NCBI RefSeq assembly: GCF_037042905.1
Contig: NC_087249.1
Span: 9,426,001 to 9,490,000, forward strand
Direction of reading: 5' to 3'
DNA: 64,000 bases
Source: Lytechinus pictus
Taxonomy: Eukaryota
The notes below the pieces were generated by a model that saw nothing but the letters and a program-made list of their open reading frames with translations, ran no database searches and had not been told where the DNA came from. Below are positions 1-11,785 of the stretch, piece by piece (the stretch's first letter is position 1; each line of letters starts with the position of its first letter). Both the position numbers and the translations under genes were made by a program.

Positions 1-3000
1 CTAGACTAAGCAGAACATCAAAACATGTCAATCTACTCGATCAACAGGTTGTTTTAGACCATAGAGGTGTCTGGCAAGTGGCTTTTTCACGGATAGCTTT
101 GCTATATCAGCCAATCACACGTAAGGATTTCAGTAGCTTATAACAGATGCCAGTGAAAACCACCATCAAGACCCTCCATGAACCCCCCCCCCCCCCCGCC
201 GCCCCGATGGTGTACTGATAAACCTGTAGATAGTGGCATTCAAACATGAATAGTTCGCTGATGCACATAATCAGCAATTATGCACGACAATTCTAAGTGG
301 GGGAAGCTATTAAAGATGGACGGCCATTGCCGGGCGCAGGTATGACCTTTTCAAGGTATTCTGGCGGGATTGCAAGTCGTGACAGAGCAAATAATTGCAT
401 AAGAATAATGCATAGTAAATGCAGTTATCTTCTCAAAAGGAAGTTTGCAAATGAATTGAGACAAAAATTGAAGAAAAAAAACATTTATGCAAAAAAGAAA
501 GTTCTTAAATGTCCAACTTTGTAGATACCACTTACAATGGACAATATTGGGGAAAAACAATTTAACATTTCTCAATCTCACAAAATATTTCTCCTTGAAA
601 AATGTGTATAAAGGTACTAATGCTTAAATTCCAACATCTTGTGTATCTAAATACCATTTAGTTTCAACAAATTATCTTTCTAATCATGTTTGTCTAAGAA
701 ATTAAAAAGAGCACAAAATATTAAGAAAAGTAAACTAGTACTATAGAGCAGAGGGCCATTTCATAATCATGGAATTATAATATAAACTTTGCCATTATAT
801 CAACAACCATGGGGATGCATATAGCCAATCAAAATCAAGGTTTCATATAAGTTAAAATTATGATAAAGTTACTTTGTAAAATTACCCCTAAATATAATTC
901 ATAATAACTTTATTAATTTTTTTTTTCAAGCAGATTAATAACAGACATATCTTTGATGCACTTCCCTAGGATTTTCATGTTGTTGGATGTTACTGGTCCT
1001 ATTCGCCTTCGGGGGAGGGGCTGCAATAATTTTCATGACATGGCCCGCCCAGGCACTCCAATGTAAATATTCAGGCCAATATTGCTTCCTGGCACATAAA
1101 TCACACCTACATGTTATTCTCATGCTTGGAATTCTAAATAGAAAAGTAATTAATTGCAAATTTAAGAGCAAAAATACATCCATGATGGAGAGCTATTTGG
1201 TAGACATACCTATAAATCAAGCAAAGTTCATCATGATTATTATGGCCATGACATGTGTGACGGACCAGTTTCACAAAGTGAATATTGATGTTCAAATTCC
1301 ATATCATCCCACACAATACAAACATGATTTGATAATCTAATCTATTTTTATCAAAGCATTAAGGAAAATGAGAAGTTAATTCAAACTTTATATCCTATGA
1401 AGTACTTGAAAAAGAGACAGTGCAGTACCTAAACAGACTTTCAAATATCTGGTTTTGAGATTCACATACAGACAAAAATGTCAGTTGGCAAAGATATTTC
1501 CTATGTTATCAATATGTGACTATACATTTCTGTATTAAATATACGATGTGAGAATGATTTTAAAGTAAATCCTGTGTGTAAAAATTAAACAAAGTTGTTT
1601 TGTGGGGGAAAATTGTATTTATGTATTGACCTACTTTTCTGTTTTCTGACACATTATCGATAACAGATTTTATACATTTATGACAAATTTATTTTCAATC
1701 TCAAAGCTGACCACATGAATGATTTTCATTCCCAAAAAACACATATTTCAGACTCGTTATTGATAACAGGTTTCACAAAAACACGGGCAAGGTTTCGTAT
1801 CACTCTCTGTTAATCTGCCTGTGAAGCAATCACCTACGTCATGAACATCGCTAACATAAACATAACGAGACAAAACAAAAGAGAGGGCAATTTGCTCCTC
1901 GTTTAGTGTCTAAATAAGCATCTTTCTGGACACGTTATAGACAGCCAAGAACCTCCATCTTGTCTTCCGTCAGCGTTACTTTAATGGACAAGATCATAGG
2001 AGTTCCTGGCAGTGAGGTATATTGAATTTGAAAGAGACTAATTCTATTTTGGAATTAGATTGGGTGTTTGACTTGGTTGGGCATCGGTAAAGCTAATTTG
2101 CAGCTCTCTTGGTTTCCCTGGACACACAAGGGTCGGCTAAAGGCTCTACGAGCGCGTCTTTCGCAAAAGGTTAAGTCGTGTATCATCTTCCACTTGCCGA
2201 GCTCTCTTATCTATTTCTCTTCCCTTGATACACGAATGCTCAGCCTGGGTTGTGACGTATCGCGTTGCCAGGATGCTTCAAATAAACCATCTCCCTGTTT
2301 GCGGAGAAGTTTGTTCATGCATGCATGTGTTTCGGTGTATTTTTTAGGAGTGACGGAGAGTTCATCATGGATATGAAAATGGATGAATGGAGTGAAAGAA
2401 ACACTCTGTGCTATGCTGCAGTTTGAAATTTAAATGATTTTTGATCAAAATTTCAATTCTTATATGATAATGCCTGCCAGATAACAATATTTTCTTTTTC
2501 TTTTGTAACAGTTGTTCATAATAATTGAGAATTGCTTTATAAATATTCACAATATATGTGAATGGTCCATGATTTCATTTGACATTTTTTAGTAATCCCT
2601 AGCGTTTGTTTCACATGGTCAAGCACCAAGAATTCACGACAGAGGAGAAAAGAGTATCACAAATACTACTGATGTCGCCAATCTGGCACACTTAAAGAAT
2701 TCATTAGACAAATAAATGAATACTTGGTTGATGTATAGTCCGTGCCTATTAGCTTCTCTCTTGCTGCACACAGGGAGGGGGGAAGATGATAAAGTAGGTT
2801 TGGGTCAGATAAATTGTATTGTGGATGGGGGGTTTTAATTGATGCATTCAGTTATGCATATATGTAATATTTTTTCTTTCTTTTTTCAATATCAAATTTC
2901 CTTTGTATTGCAATGTAAACTATTTTAATGTTTTTTATGGATCCCATGGAAGAACAGAGTATGTGTGTTAATGACTCTGAAATGGGCAATCATTTCGATT

Positions 3001-3526
3001 ATTTTATCTATTCAACATATTTGCAATTCATTTTGTTTTTTCAATTGATGCCACCTATGTTATTTATTTATGTTATATATATTTATGTATTGTGTTTTTA
3101 ATAATCAGAAAATAAATAAACAAACAAACCTTGGTACAAACTATGAACCTCAAGATATTTTCATCTCTAGGATTTCTTTCTGACATATTTTGATGTGATG
3201 GTGTAATAGCTCAGTTGGTAGGGTAATGGTCGTCTATATGACTCATGTTCAAAACCAAGGCGGTGTGCTATTGCTCTTTGGAAAAGAATATTAACACATC
3301 CCTACAAGTGACAACTGCAAAACTATCTTTCATCTGGAAAATGCAAATATTCTTGCTAACGCTATCTAGTTTGTCAACAACTTAAACTATCGATTTTCAT
3401 ATTTTTGGCCTAATGTCAAAACAGGACCAGTGCCATCCAGACATTTAAGTGATATTCCTCTTCTAGCATAAGGTTCAAGAATATTTTCTTGAATATATGT
3501 ACAAAAATTAATGTTCTTTGACCTAC

Positions 3527-4101
3527 CTGATCTGTACTTTCTTGAGACTCCACGTTATTGACATCAGCATTTGCTGTCAACTGCTCCGTGCTCTTCTCAA
3601 ACTGCTGATCCACTCCATTAGCGATAGGTCCAACATTACTATCAGTGTTCGTTCCACCATTGGTGGCACCATTCACTATGATTGTCGTTTCGCACAAGCC
3701 GTTTCCATTGCCCTTCATATGGTCCGTTGGCTTGTTCATCTGGAGATGCGTTGCATCGGTACCGAGTTGGTCAACATCCGTAATGTTCTGATGATGTCCG
3801 TTGAGAGGTGGTAGGGGCGTCAGCGTTATCCCGTTCCCGGTCTTGACGCTAAGGGGGCTATCGCACGCTTGCGACACTGTCGTAATCTGCGTGGGTTCGT
3901 CCATGATTATGTCCCCGTTGGTGTATCCGTTGTGATACGATATTGTTAGTTTTTGATTTGACCTCGCACTCTCTGGTCTGCTTGCGGGTTGTTCGTTAGG
4001 CTGTTGAGACTTGCCGTTGCCTGTGGCTTGGGGAAGGCCAGTCTTCTGCTGTGTCTTTGCCATCACTTGGAGCTGCATAGCCTTGTCTTCAACGACGTCC
4101 G
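3527..4101 (-). CDS. SLC24A2: NCKX cytosolic-loop exon (low complexity, N/G/T/Q rich)
   Basis: Acceptor cttttattatcAG at 4103-4102; phase 1 fits the preceding exon; open frame equals ORF 3416..4078; donor CAG|GTAGGT at 3527/3526, phase 0. Confidence 0.88.
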
Positions 4102-4487
4102 CTGATAATAAAAGATTTAATCAAACAACATGAACATTTTGGTCAGATCTACATAACCCCACCCCTCGAGAGACAATTGCATCTTTTTGTTATAATGGGC
4201 AATGGCTTTCAAAAATATCTTCCATAAATATAAGGAATCACATTTGAAAAACCAAGCTGAGTAGAATAGATTATTCAATATTATCTCTTAAATCAATTCT
4301 TTTACAAAAACTATACAGACCATGCATCTAAAAAGCTTGATTTGATTTCTTCCCAAAAAAACTTGTTAAATGAATAATAAAGTAAAATAATGAAAATAAT
4401 AACAATAAAGTGTAATAGGGTAGGGGTATGTCACTTAAATATTCCAAAATTTTCCTTTATATTTTTTTTTACTCTTTTATTCCCTAT

Positions 4488-4753
4488 AGCCTCATCTTAC
4501 AAAGACTTGTAATTGATCTGATCAACCACAACTATGGACGGCCAGCAACGTCAACATCTTAAATGCAAATTTGTTCAAAGTATTTTCTGCATATAATGTA
4601 TATTCACACATTAATCGCTCTCTTGAACATTCAGTGTGACTCTCTTTGTTTACTTAATGTGCAAATTTCCGGTAGAAAAAATTATGGTATGGATGGATTT
4701 CCATACAGTTGAGATTGATTGGATCAAATGTAACTCTTTGTAAGACAGGGCCC
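4488..4753. mobile_element. MITE (Harbinger-like), copy 1
   Basis: Terminal inverted repeats related to GGGCCCTGTCTTACAAAGAG; closely similar to 5189-5460. Confidence 0.8.
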
Positions 4754-4834
4754 ATATCTTTTCCTTGTCAGGAACCACTCCCCACCCCTGCTCTTAAAAA
4801 AAATATCTACAAATTCAAAGATTTCGATACTCAC

Positions 4835-4937
4835 AGTCACTTAAAGGGTCCAGTGTGTGTAACATGAGCTGTAGGGCACCATGGCGGAACATGCTCGCAT
4901 TGTTGCGGAAATGGGGTAGACTTACTCTCCGGTCATT
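4835..4937 (-). CDS. SLC24A2: NCKX internal exon (NDRRVSLPHFRNNASMFRHGALQLMLHTLDPLSD)
   Basis: Acceptor tcccccctctacAG, donor T|GTGAGT, 103 nt, phase 0 to 1. QLMLHTLDPL matches the QLMIHTLDPL loop motif of NCKX1/2. Confidence 0.92.
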
Positions 4938-5188
4938 CTGTAGAGGGGGATAACAAGAATGAATAAATATTCATGAAAGACAAATAAAAGATGATGATGA
5001 TGAGGAAGTAAAGGAGGAAAAAATGAACAAGGAAATTTCATATGTACAAAAAACGTAGGAAAACTTGTGACACCTTGGGGAAAGACATGCAGTGGCAAAT
5101 TAACGCTTTATACTATATACTATGAGCAATAAAGACAGTTCAAGGGAAAATAAAAAGTGATGAATGAAAAAAATGCTCAAAGGGCTCT

Positions 5189-5460
5189 GGGCCCTGTCTT
5201 ACAAAGAGTTGTGATTGATCCAATCAATCACAACTATGGAAAGCCAGCAAAGTCAACATCTAAAATGCATGTTTGTTTTGGATAAAATTTAGATATGAAT
5301 GTATATCCATAAATTCATTGATTTTTTGACAATTTGGTGTGTTCTTCTTTGTTTACAAAGGACATTTTGCAAATTTCCTGTAGAAAAAAATTGTGACACT
5401 GATGGATTTCCATAGAATTACGATTGATTGGATCAATCATAACTCTTTGTAAGACGGGCA
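5189..5460. mobile_element. MITE (Harbinger-like), copy 2
   Basis: GGGCCCTGTCTTACAAAGAGTTGTGATTGATCCAATCAAT ... ATTGATTGGATCAATCATAACTCTTTGTAAGACGGGC. Confidence 0.85.
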
Positions 5461-5724
5461 GATCTTTGAAGCCTGGCAGTCTCCATGAACTACCCATGGA
5501 GGTACAGAACCTTCCTCAGGTCTATGCATTATTCAGTTTTCAATCTTCAAAACTATTTTCAGCTTATCATCTCAAATACAAGTTCACTAATTGGTCAAAA
5601 TGAATGATGACCAAAAAAATTAGTTTGAATATTGTCAATTTGCATGTTCAAAAAGTTGCGTTGCTCAGAAATGACACAATATAATGCATTGTACATTCTA
5701 TCCATGCTTTGATCAGGGGCCCTG

Positions 5725-5856
5725 GGCCCTATTTCATAAAAATAGTTGCTTAGTGATAGCTTGCTGGAATATCACCTTTCATTGGAAGAACCAATCAGGA
5801 AGCAGAATTTTCACAGCTAGACTTGTTATCATGACAACTTTTTATGAAATGCGGCC
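5725..5856. mobile_element. MITE (Harbinger-like, CTG target duplication)
   Basis: ctg|GGCCCTATTTCATAAAA...TTTTATGAAATGCGGCC|ctg. Confidence 0.7.
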
Positions 5857-6027
5857 CTGATATCAACCTTCCGGAACATGAAGTTTAACTCAAAAAATTG
5901 CATTCTGCGAATGGTTCATGCATAATTCTGATTTGATAGCGATAAAAATGCAAATGAGCATGCAAGTACTGTATAATAGGCCTCTGTAAGCCTTGCAATC
6001 CACTGCAGCTTTACTGTTATTAGGGAA

Positions 6028-6332
6028 TTTTAGCATCCCTTTCACAGATGCTTTCTACAACACATCAATTCCTTTGAAACTGGAAGTCAGGTGAAAACTG
6101 ACAGATCAGAGGTCATGGTCAAAAGTTGGTGGACCAGGACAGTATGCATTGTCTCAAGATTCGGACCGGACGTCATAATTGCAATTTTTCATCTGGTCCG
6201 AATCTTAAGACAATGAGCTGTCCTGGTCCACCAACTTTCGACAATGACCTCTAATCTGTCCAATGTGATTTGACTTCCTTTTTAAGGGAATTGGTGCGTT
6301 GTAGAAAGCGTCTGCAAAGTGGATGCTAAAAA
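6028..6332. mobile_element. Palindromic MITE, arms about 140 bp
   Basis: TTTAGCATCC...AAAGTTGGTGGACCAGGACAG...AAGATTCGGACC pairs with GGTCCGAATCTT...CTGTCCTGGTCCACCAACTTT...GGATGCTAAA. Confidence 0.85.
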
Positions 6333-7970
6333 ATAAACTTCTGGGATTTGATATTTAGTTGACTGGTGAAGCTACAATGTAGTCTTTGATACATAATTCT
6401 CTTTTTAAAGAGGTTTGCACTGTAATTCATGTTCACTTTACTCAATTATGAATAAAACTGAAGAAAAAATGCCTTCTCGTATCAATGAGGAAGAATCCAC
6501 TTTGTAAACTCTTCATAATGACTCGATGAAAGTGATTACAAAATGAATCACTCCTTTTTTCCACAAATAATTACATACACTTCCAAAGCCAGAGAGGATA
6601 AGATCAATATTACTACAAGGCAGATTGATGCAATTACAGTAAGCATCAGAGAATGAAACTTTATTCTGATGCTCTAGCAGAGGTTGTAGAATGTCGATGA
6701 TATCACTCTCCATGGGTACCCTAAAAAAGAACTTTCAGCTTTACAAATTTCAGAGTCGAATTAAGATTTCTAGCTGAGATTGGTGTTCTAATCAGGAAGC
6801 TCCTTGACAAGAAATACAATCATTTTTTTTTATCTCTATCCAATCAACAACCCCCGTAATTAAGATCAAAATTTGATTGGCATGATGAAATTATAGATGA
6901 CCTTTGAAGTGTAGAGTACACGTGGCCTGGATTCAACTTACACCAAACAAACCGCCAAAGTCAATAGAGGTTTAGTATGAGATATTATTTAACCTTTTCA
7001 ATGACTCGGGTACATGCAATACACACAGCTCCTCCGCTCCCTGGGGAATATTCTTGCCATGTATAATTTTACAGGCATTTGGACTGTTAAGTTCTGAGTT
7101 TTCAGACACGTTTTGACGTCATTAATGCAACAAAATGTGTTTTGTAGCACACAGATAATGTGCAGACCGATATTTCACACCCCCACTATTCCACAGAAAA
7201 CTAATGACATATATCGAAACATTTGAAAAGTTTCACACAAAAAAACTCTGCATTAGGTATACCCACTTTCCATTTGACCTGAAATACAGAAATTGAGAAT
7301 CAACAAGCTTTTGAAACTAACACCAATTAAGATTTTTTTTTCCCCTGAGATCAATATACCGATCAGGTCAGGATACTTGTAGGTAAGAAAGTCCATCAAT
7401 TTTTAATCTTGAGTCAAAATGACTCCTGCAATTATCATGTTTTGATTGTCACGATGACGATGATCAGTGACAGTTACAAGTATATAACAAACAAAATGGC
7501 TGCAGTGCTTTGTGTGATTACTCTTTATCCATCATACATAATAGATGGCAATAGAATAAAAAAGTCTATATTTTAAATACGTATTTTTCACAGAAAAGAG
7601 AGATTATCTTGACTTTCACCTAATGAAATGCAGAAGTCAAAATATCCACTTTTTATTAATTTGTATACATGTACAAATACCATGTTTCAGCAAGTATCAC
7701 CACTATTTTCAAATTAAAAGAAATACTAAGATGATTAAAAGCTTGTACATACATGTATGTGAAATATATAGCTGAGAAGTTAATGTACATTTACAATGGT
7801 GTTCCTACAAACTTACAAAATCTTTACCAGTAATAAGTTATAATAGTCATAATAATAATTGGCTTTTATATGGCGCAATATCAATCTACAAATGCTCAAA
7901 GCACTTTAAAATTATTATTACCCGGTCATTGGATTCATAGTTTTTTTCATAGCCTGTTAAACCTTCATTA

Positions 7971-8565
7971 CACAGAGAGCAAGACCTCTGAAAGACTGCT
8001 GTAAGACCATGAAATTTGCTTGATCTTTCAAAGGTCTTTCAATCAACTTTCAAAGATCTCTGAGGTCTTTCACGATTCCTGATGGATCTTTCAGTGGTCT
8101 TTGTGGTCCTTGTGAGTCCCAAAACTTTTTGAAATGGTTCAAACAGTCTTTCAGCAGTCTTACAGGAAAATGGTCTATTGGTGGTCTTTCACCAGTCTTT
8201 CAGCGGTCTTTCTATGAACTTTCAAAGTTCTTATAAGTCTTTCCATGATCTTTCGACAGTCTCTCAATATTTTTGCAGAGATCACTGTTAGACTCGTGAG
8301 AGATCATTGAAAGGTCACTGAAAGACCAGGGAGAGTCCATGGAAAGAATTCTGAAAGATCACTTGTTGCATAAAAGATCTCTGAAAGACAATTGAGAGAT
8401 ATCTATAGGACTTGGAAGTATCAATCAGTCTTTCCCAGTTCTTTGAGGAGTCTTTCTGAGCCATTCCACAGAGATGACAAATTGAGTGATCTTGGAGACT
8501 GCTGTATATTAGTCCTTGCTAATTTTTGGTCTTTCAAAGGTCTTTCAAATGTCTCCCCTCTGTCG
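7971..8565. mobile_element. Foldback / EnSpm-like non-autonomous element built of GGTCTTTCA / TGAAAGACC subrepeats
   Basis: Imperfect TIRs CACAGAGAGCAAGACCTCTGAAAGAC ... GTCTTTCAAATGTCTCCCCTCTGTCG; many short subrepeats in both orientations. Confidence 0.65.
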
Positions 8566-8665
8566 AATGGGGTCCCAAGGCACACAATTGCTAAACCAAC
8601 CACAATGACGGTTGTTTCCTACCAGTACCCAGGTCTGGGTGTAAGTGGCAAAGTGTGGATTGACA

Positions 8666-8872
8666 CACTAGCGTACCTACGGGGGGGGGGGGGGGGGGGG
8701 GGGGGGCAGAGGGGGCAGACTGCCCCCCTGACGAGTCACAACCCATGCAAGGGACATATCCCTGCCCCCCCTGACGAGTCTTGAAGACCTTTTTTTTGTT
8801 TCTTTTTTTGCTTGTCAAATTTTTTTCTGGTACGAAATCCTTTATTTGTGGTTGAAGACCTTTTTTTGGGGG
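8666..8872 (+). mobile_element. G-rich hAT-like element, right TIR absent
   Basis: Begins CACTAGCGTACC followed by poly-G; flanked by the 8-bp direct repeat GATTGACA (8658-8665 and 8873-8880). Confidence 0.6.
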
Positions 8873-9344
8873 GATTGACACCTTGCCAAAAGACGCTAGC
8901 CATGGTGGGATTCGAACACAGGACCCTCTTATTACAAGTTGGGAGTAAGAAACGCTATACACCACGGCACTTTCACAACATTAGTAGTTCTCATTTCACT
9001 AAACGTTTTGAAATTGAGAGAAATAATCCCCTCTTCTAAACACTTGCTTTCTCACTTATTTGAAATTATTCTAACAACGTTAATTAGATAGTTTTGGTAT
9101 CAAAATGACAGAAAAGTTGCTGCTATAATCTTTATATGTACAGCTTAAGAGGAAAGCTGAGTAGAAATAATTCTGTTCAGATTTTAATGAAAAACTGCTG
9201 CAATATAATTAGACATCTCACCAGGAAGTTGCATCATGAAATGATACATCAGTTATCTGCAATCATGATGTTGAAATAATAAAAGAGTGAGAACTATAAG
9301 AATAAATTTGATAAATTAGATCCTGGAGGAGAAATTACATCCAT

Positions 9345-9358
9345 GTTGCCATGGTAAC
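9345..9358. promoter_or_regulatory. Consensus RFX X-box, intronic
   Basis: GTTGCCATGGTAAC. Confidence 0.45.
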
Positions 9359-9974
9359 CCCTCTAGGAGAGGTTTCTGCCATCAGTTATATTCAATCATT
9401 CCATTCATGTGCACATAATAACATTATATGCGATGCATCGCTTGATGTTTGAATGCAAATTCATTTCTACAGCATATCCCACAAAAATGCTAATGGCGCC
9501 CTAAATGAGTATAATTTGAAAATTACCAAATCACATTGTATGTAATTTTATAATCGTAAACAAGTATTTATTTTTTACAACTGGTTAAAATTTTATGGGA
9601 TATAATCTATTGAACACAGAGATAAGAGTCTTCTTTAAGAACTGATCAGAAAACCTCTCAAACCAACTTTTGCATTCCAATGCAAAAGTTTGATTGAGAG
9701 GTTATGTGTAGCCAAGTTCAGCTAATTTGTTATCCATTCAAGTGGTGCAAATTATAGTTATTCATTTCAGCCACAGGCGTAAATATGCAAGAAATGCTAT
9801 TCATCAGGGGAGGGGGTGAATGAATAGGTCAGCACTAAGTGCTAAACAAAAGAAAATCCATGCAGATTTATGTCCATGGCTGAATGCGAATGGATATGAT
9901 TTGCACCATTTGAATAGACAACAAATCTGAATTTAACTACAACTACTTGATGCAAAACTTGGATGGAGAGGTTA

Positions 9975-10260
9975 GATTTAGATTTTAGATTTATTATTTT
10001 CTGTTCAACAAAATAACCAAAATACAATCAAAGTAACAGTAAATATACAAAATAGCACAGACAATTCAATAATATTACATAACAATATTGAAGATAAAGT
10101 AAACAGGAACTAAAATGAGAGCTCTGCAATTATTTTGGCTATAAAAAGTATCTGGAACAAAACGGAGGGACTTGCCAAGAAGAGCAAAGCTTGTATTAAA
10201 AGAAAGGCAAGCCCCTATAACTAAGTTTCAATACTTGATTTATAAAGACAGACAGAAGAC
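9975..10260 (-). mobile_element. Probable LINE 3' tail remnant (similar remnants near 2935-3130, 12130-12330, 35960-36200)
   Basis: Short hairpin (GACTTGCC...GGCAAGCC), AATAAA and a short-repeat tail; shares AGCAAAGCTTGTAT with 36145-36158. Confidence 0.4.
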
Positions 10261-11308
10261 AAGCTTTAAACAAGTAATCAACAAAATATCAAATTTCTGA
10301 CATCTAATGCAAAAAATGTTCAAATCTTTTTGATTATTGGACCATATCACATAAAATTTGATCCAGTTGTAGAAAATGAATTGTAGTTTACCAGTGTTAA
10401 TATATAAACAAAATAATGTTGTAATTTTAACATTATACCCATCTAGACTGCCATTAGCATTTTGTGTGGGAGACGCTGTATGTACATATAAAGATGTATC
10501 CTGATGATCTCAGTACGCCAGCTGTGAGATCTATAGATATTGACACGTTCAGAAATTACCCCCAAAAAATGTTATTTTACCAATAAGTACAGCAAAGGAG
10601 GATATTGCATCACATTACATGGGCCGGAAATGTGATGTTTGATCTCAATTTGACAAAACAAAAAAGCGTTACACTTATGATATAAAAAAATTCTAATGAA
10701 TCACATCCTGGAGAAGAAATTACATCCTTGTTTCCACGGTAACCCATCAAGGTGAGGGTCCCACCACATGAGTCGATTTTATGAATAATATTCAATAATT
10801 CTACTCGTGTGCACATAATCGCTCATTGGTTGTATGTAATTCTAATTCAATTTTAAGCATAAAGGCATTATAAAGTTCCTATTATAATGCTATGAGCTGT
10901 GATGAGGGGATGGGTAAGTGTTTATGAACAAGAAAACATAACTAAAGGCAGCCGTACCAAGTGTTATAAGGATGGATACAAACAGAAATTGAAAAGTCTT
11001 GATTATTTATTGTGTTATGGCCAGCAAGGGGTCAAATTTAGATGGTGCATGATTTTAAATTACATATTGCATCCATAATCTATGTTAAACTTCATATTTA
11101 CTGCTCTTGTTGTTCATCAACCTATATAATAGAATAAATGGACATTGCATCTCTGTGCATCTTCTACAAGGCTTTTCTCAGTTTCCTTATATCTATAATC
11201 TTTGCTTGTATGGGATACAAGATAGCACCAATCTCTTTTAATACTCACTTTTCAACCCCTGCTTCCTCTCTCCCTGTATTTCTCTCAATCTTTTATCTTC
11301 CTCTCTAA

Positions 11309-11438
11309 TGGCGCAGTCACATTTCCCCTACGGCGAGTCGATAACTGGTGTTTTAACATTTTTTGTACCAGCTACATATAGGTGGTTTAAATAAAATGGC
11401 TGTTTTCAACACGCCATAGGGGAAATGTGACTGCACCA
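11309..11438. mobile_element. Tourist/Harbinger-type MITE, TAA target duplication
   Basis: taa|TGGCGCAGTCACATTTCCCCTACGGCG...CGCCATAGGGGAAATGTGACTGCACCA|taa. Confidence 0.88.
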
Positions 11439-11439
11439 T

Positions 11440-11785
11440 AACTCTCTCCATCTCTCTTCATGTTTATCTCTTTCACTCAGTATGTTTCAGTATCTTTCTC
11501 TCTGCATCGCTGTCTTTTTCGTTTTTGGTCTCTTTGCCTCTATATCTTCATTTACATATCTATATTACCTTCTTGTCTTTCTCTCTTTGTATTTTTCTAT
11601 TCTCTCTCTCTTTCTGTCCCTCTCACATTCTCAGCCTCTCAACTTTGCTTGTCTCTTCAAATCTTACTTTCTCTACATATTCTTTTTATACACTGTCTCG
11701 CTTTTATTTTGTGTGTGTCTCTTCCTTCCCCAATACAAGTCTCCCTCACACTCTCCCTCTCTCTTTCCATAAATCTCTACCTGCT
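11440..11785. repeat. CT-rich low-complexity tract
   Basis: Degenerate (CT)n; explains the spurious S/L/F-rich ORFs. Similar tracts at about 25000-25370 and 25610-25900. Confidence 0.8.

Larger units (their letters stand above)
7850..8970 (-). mobile_element. tRNA-derived SINE interrupted by two insertions
   Basis: tRNA-like head with GTTCGAATCC B box near 8908-8917; core CACACTTTGCCAC...CCCAG...GGGTAC at about 8620-8660; (ATT)n tail near 7850. Confidence 0.65.

Noticed and set aside
1..3415. Remaining NCKX exons (acidic stretch, alpha-2 repeat)
   Set aside because: No matching minus-strand frame was recognised; they probably lie outside the window. The plus-strand ORF 2068..2376 is on the wrong strand and has no recognisable domain.
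3416..3526. C-terminal tail of ORF 3416..4078
   Set aside because: Intron read-through after CAG|GTAGGT; the NCKX alpha-2 half must come from further exons.
4920..4926. Internal AGA|GTAAGT donor in the 103-nt exon
   Set aside because: Its use would give a 12-nt phase-0 exon out of frame with the next exon and remove the conserved HTLDPL motif.
8392..9039. ORFs with poly-Gly or poly-Pro
   Set aside because: They span junctions of nested repeats and a poly-G run.
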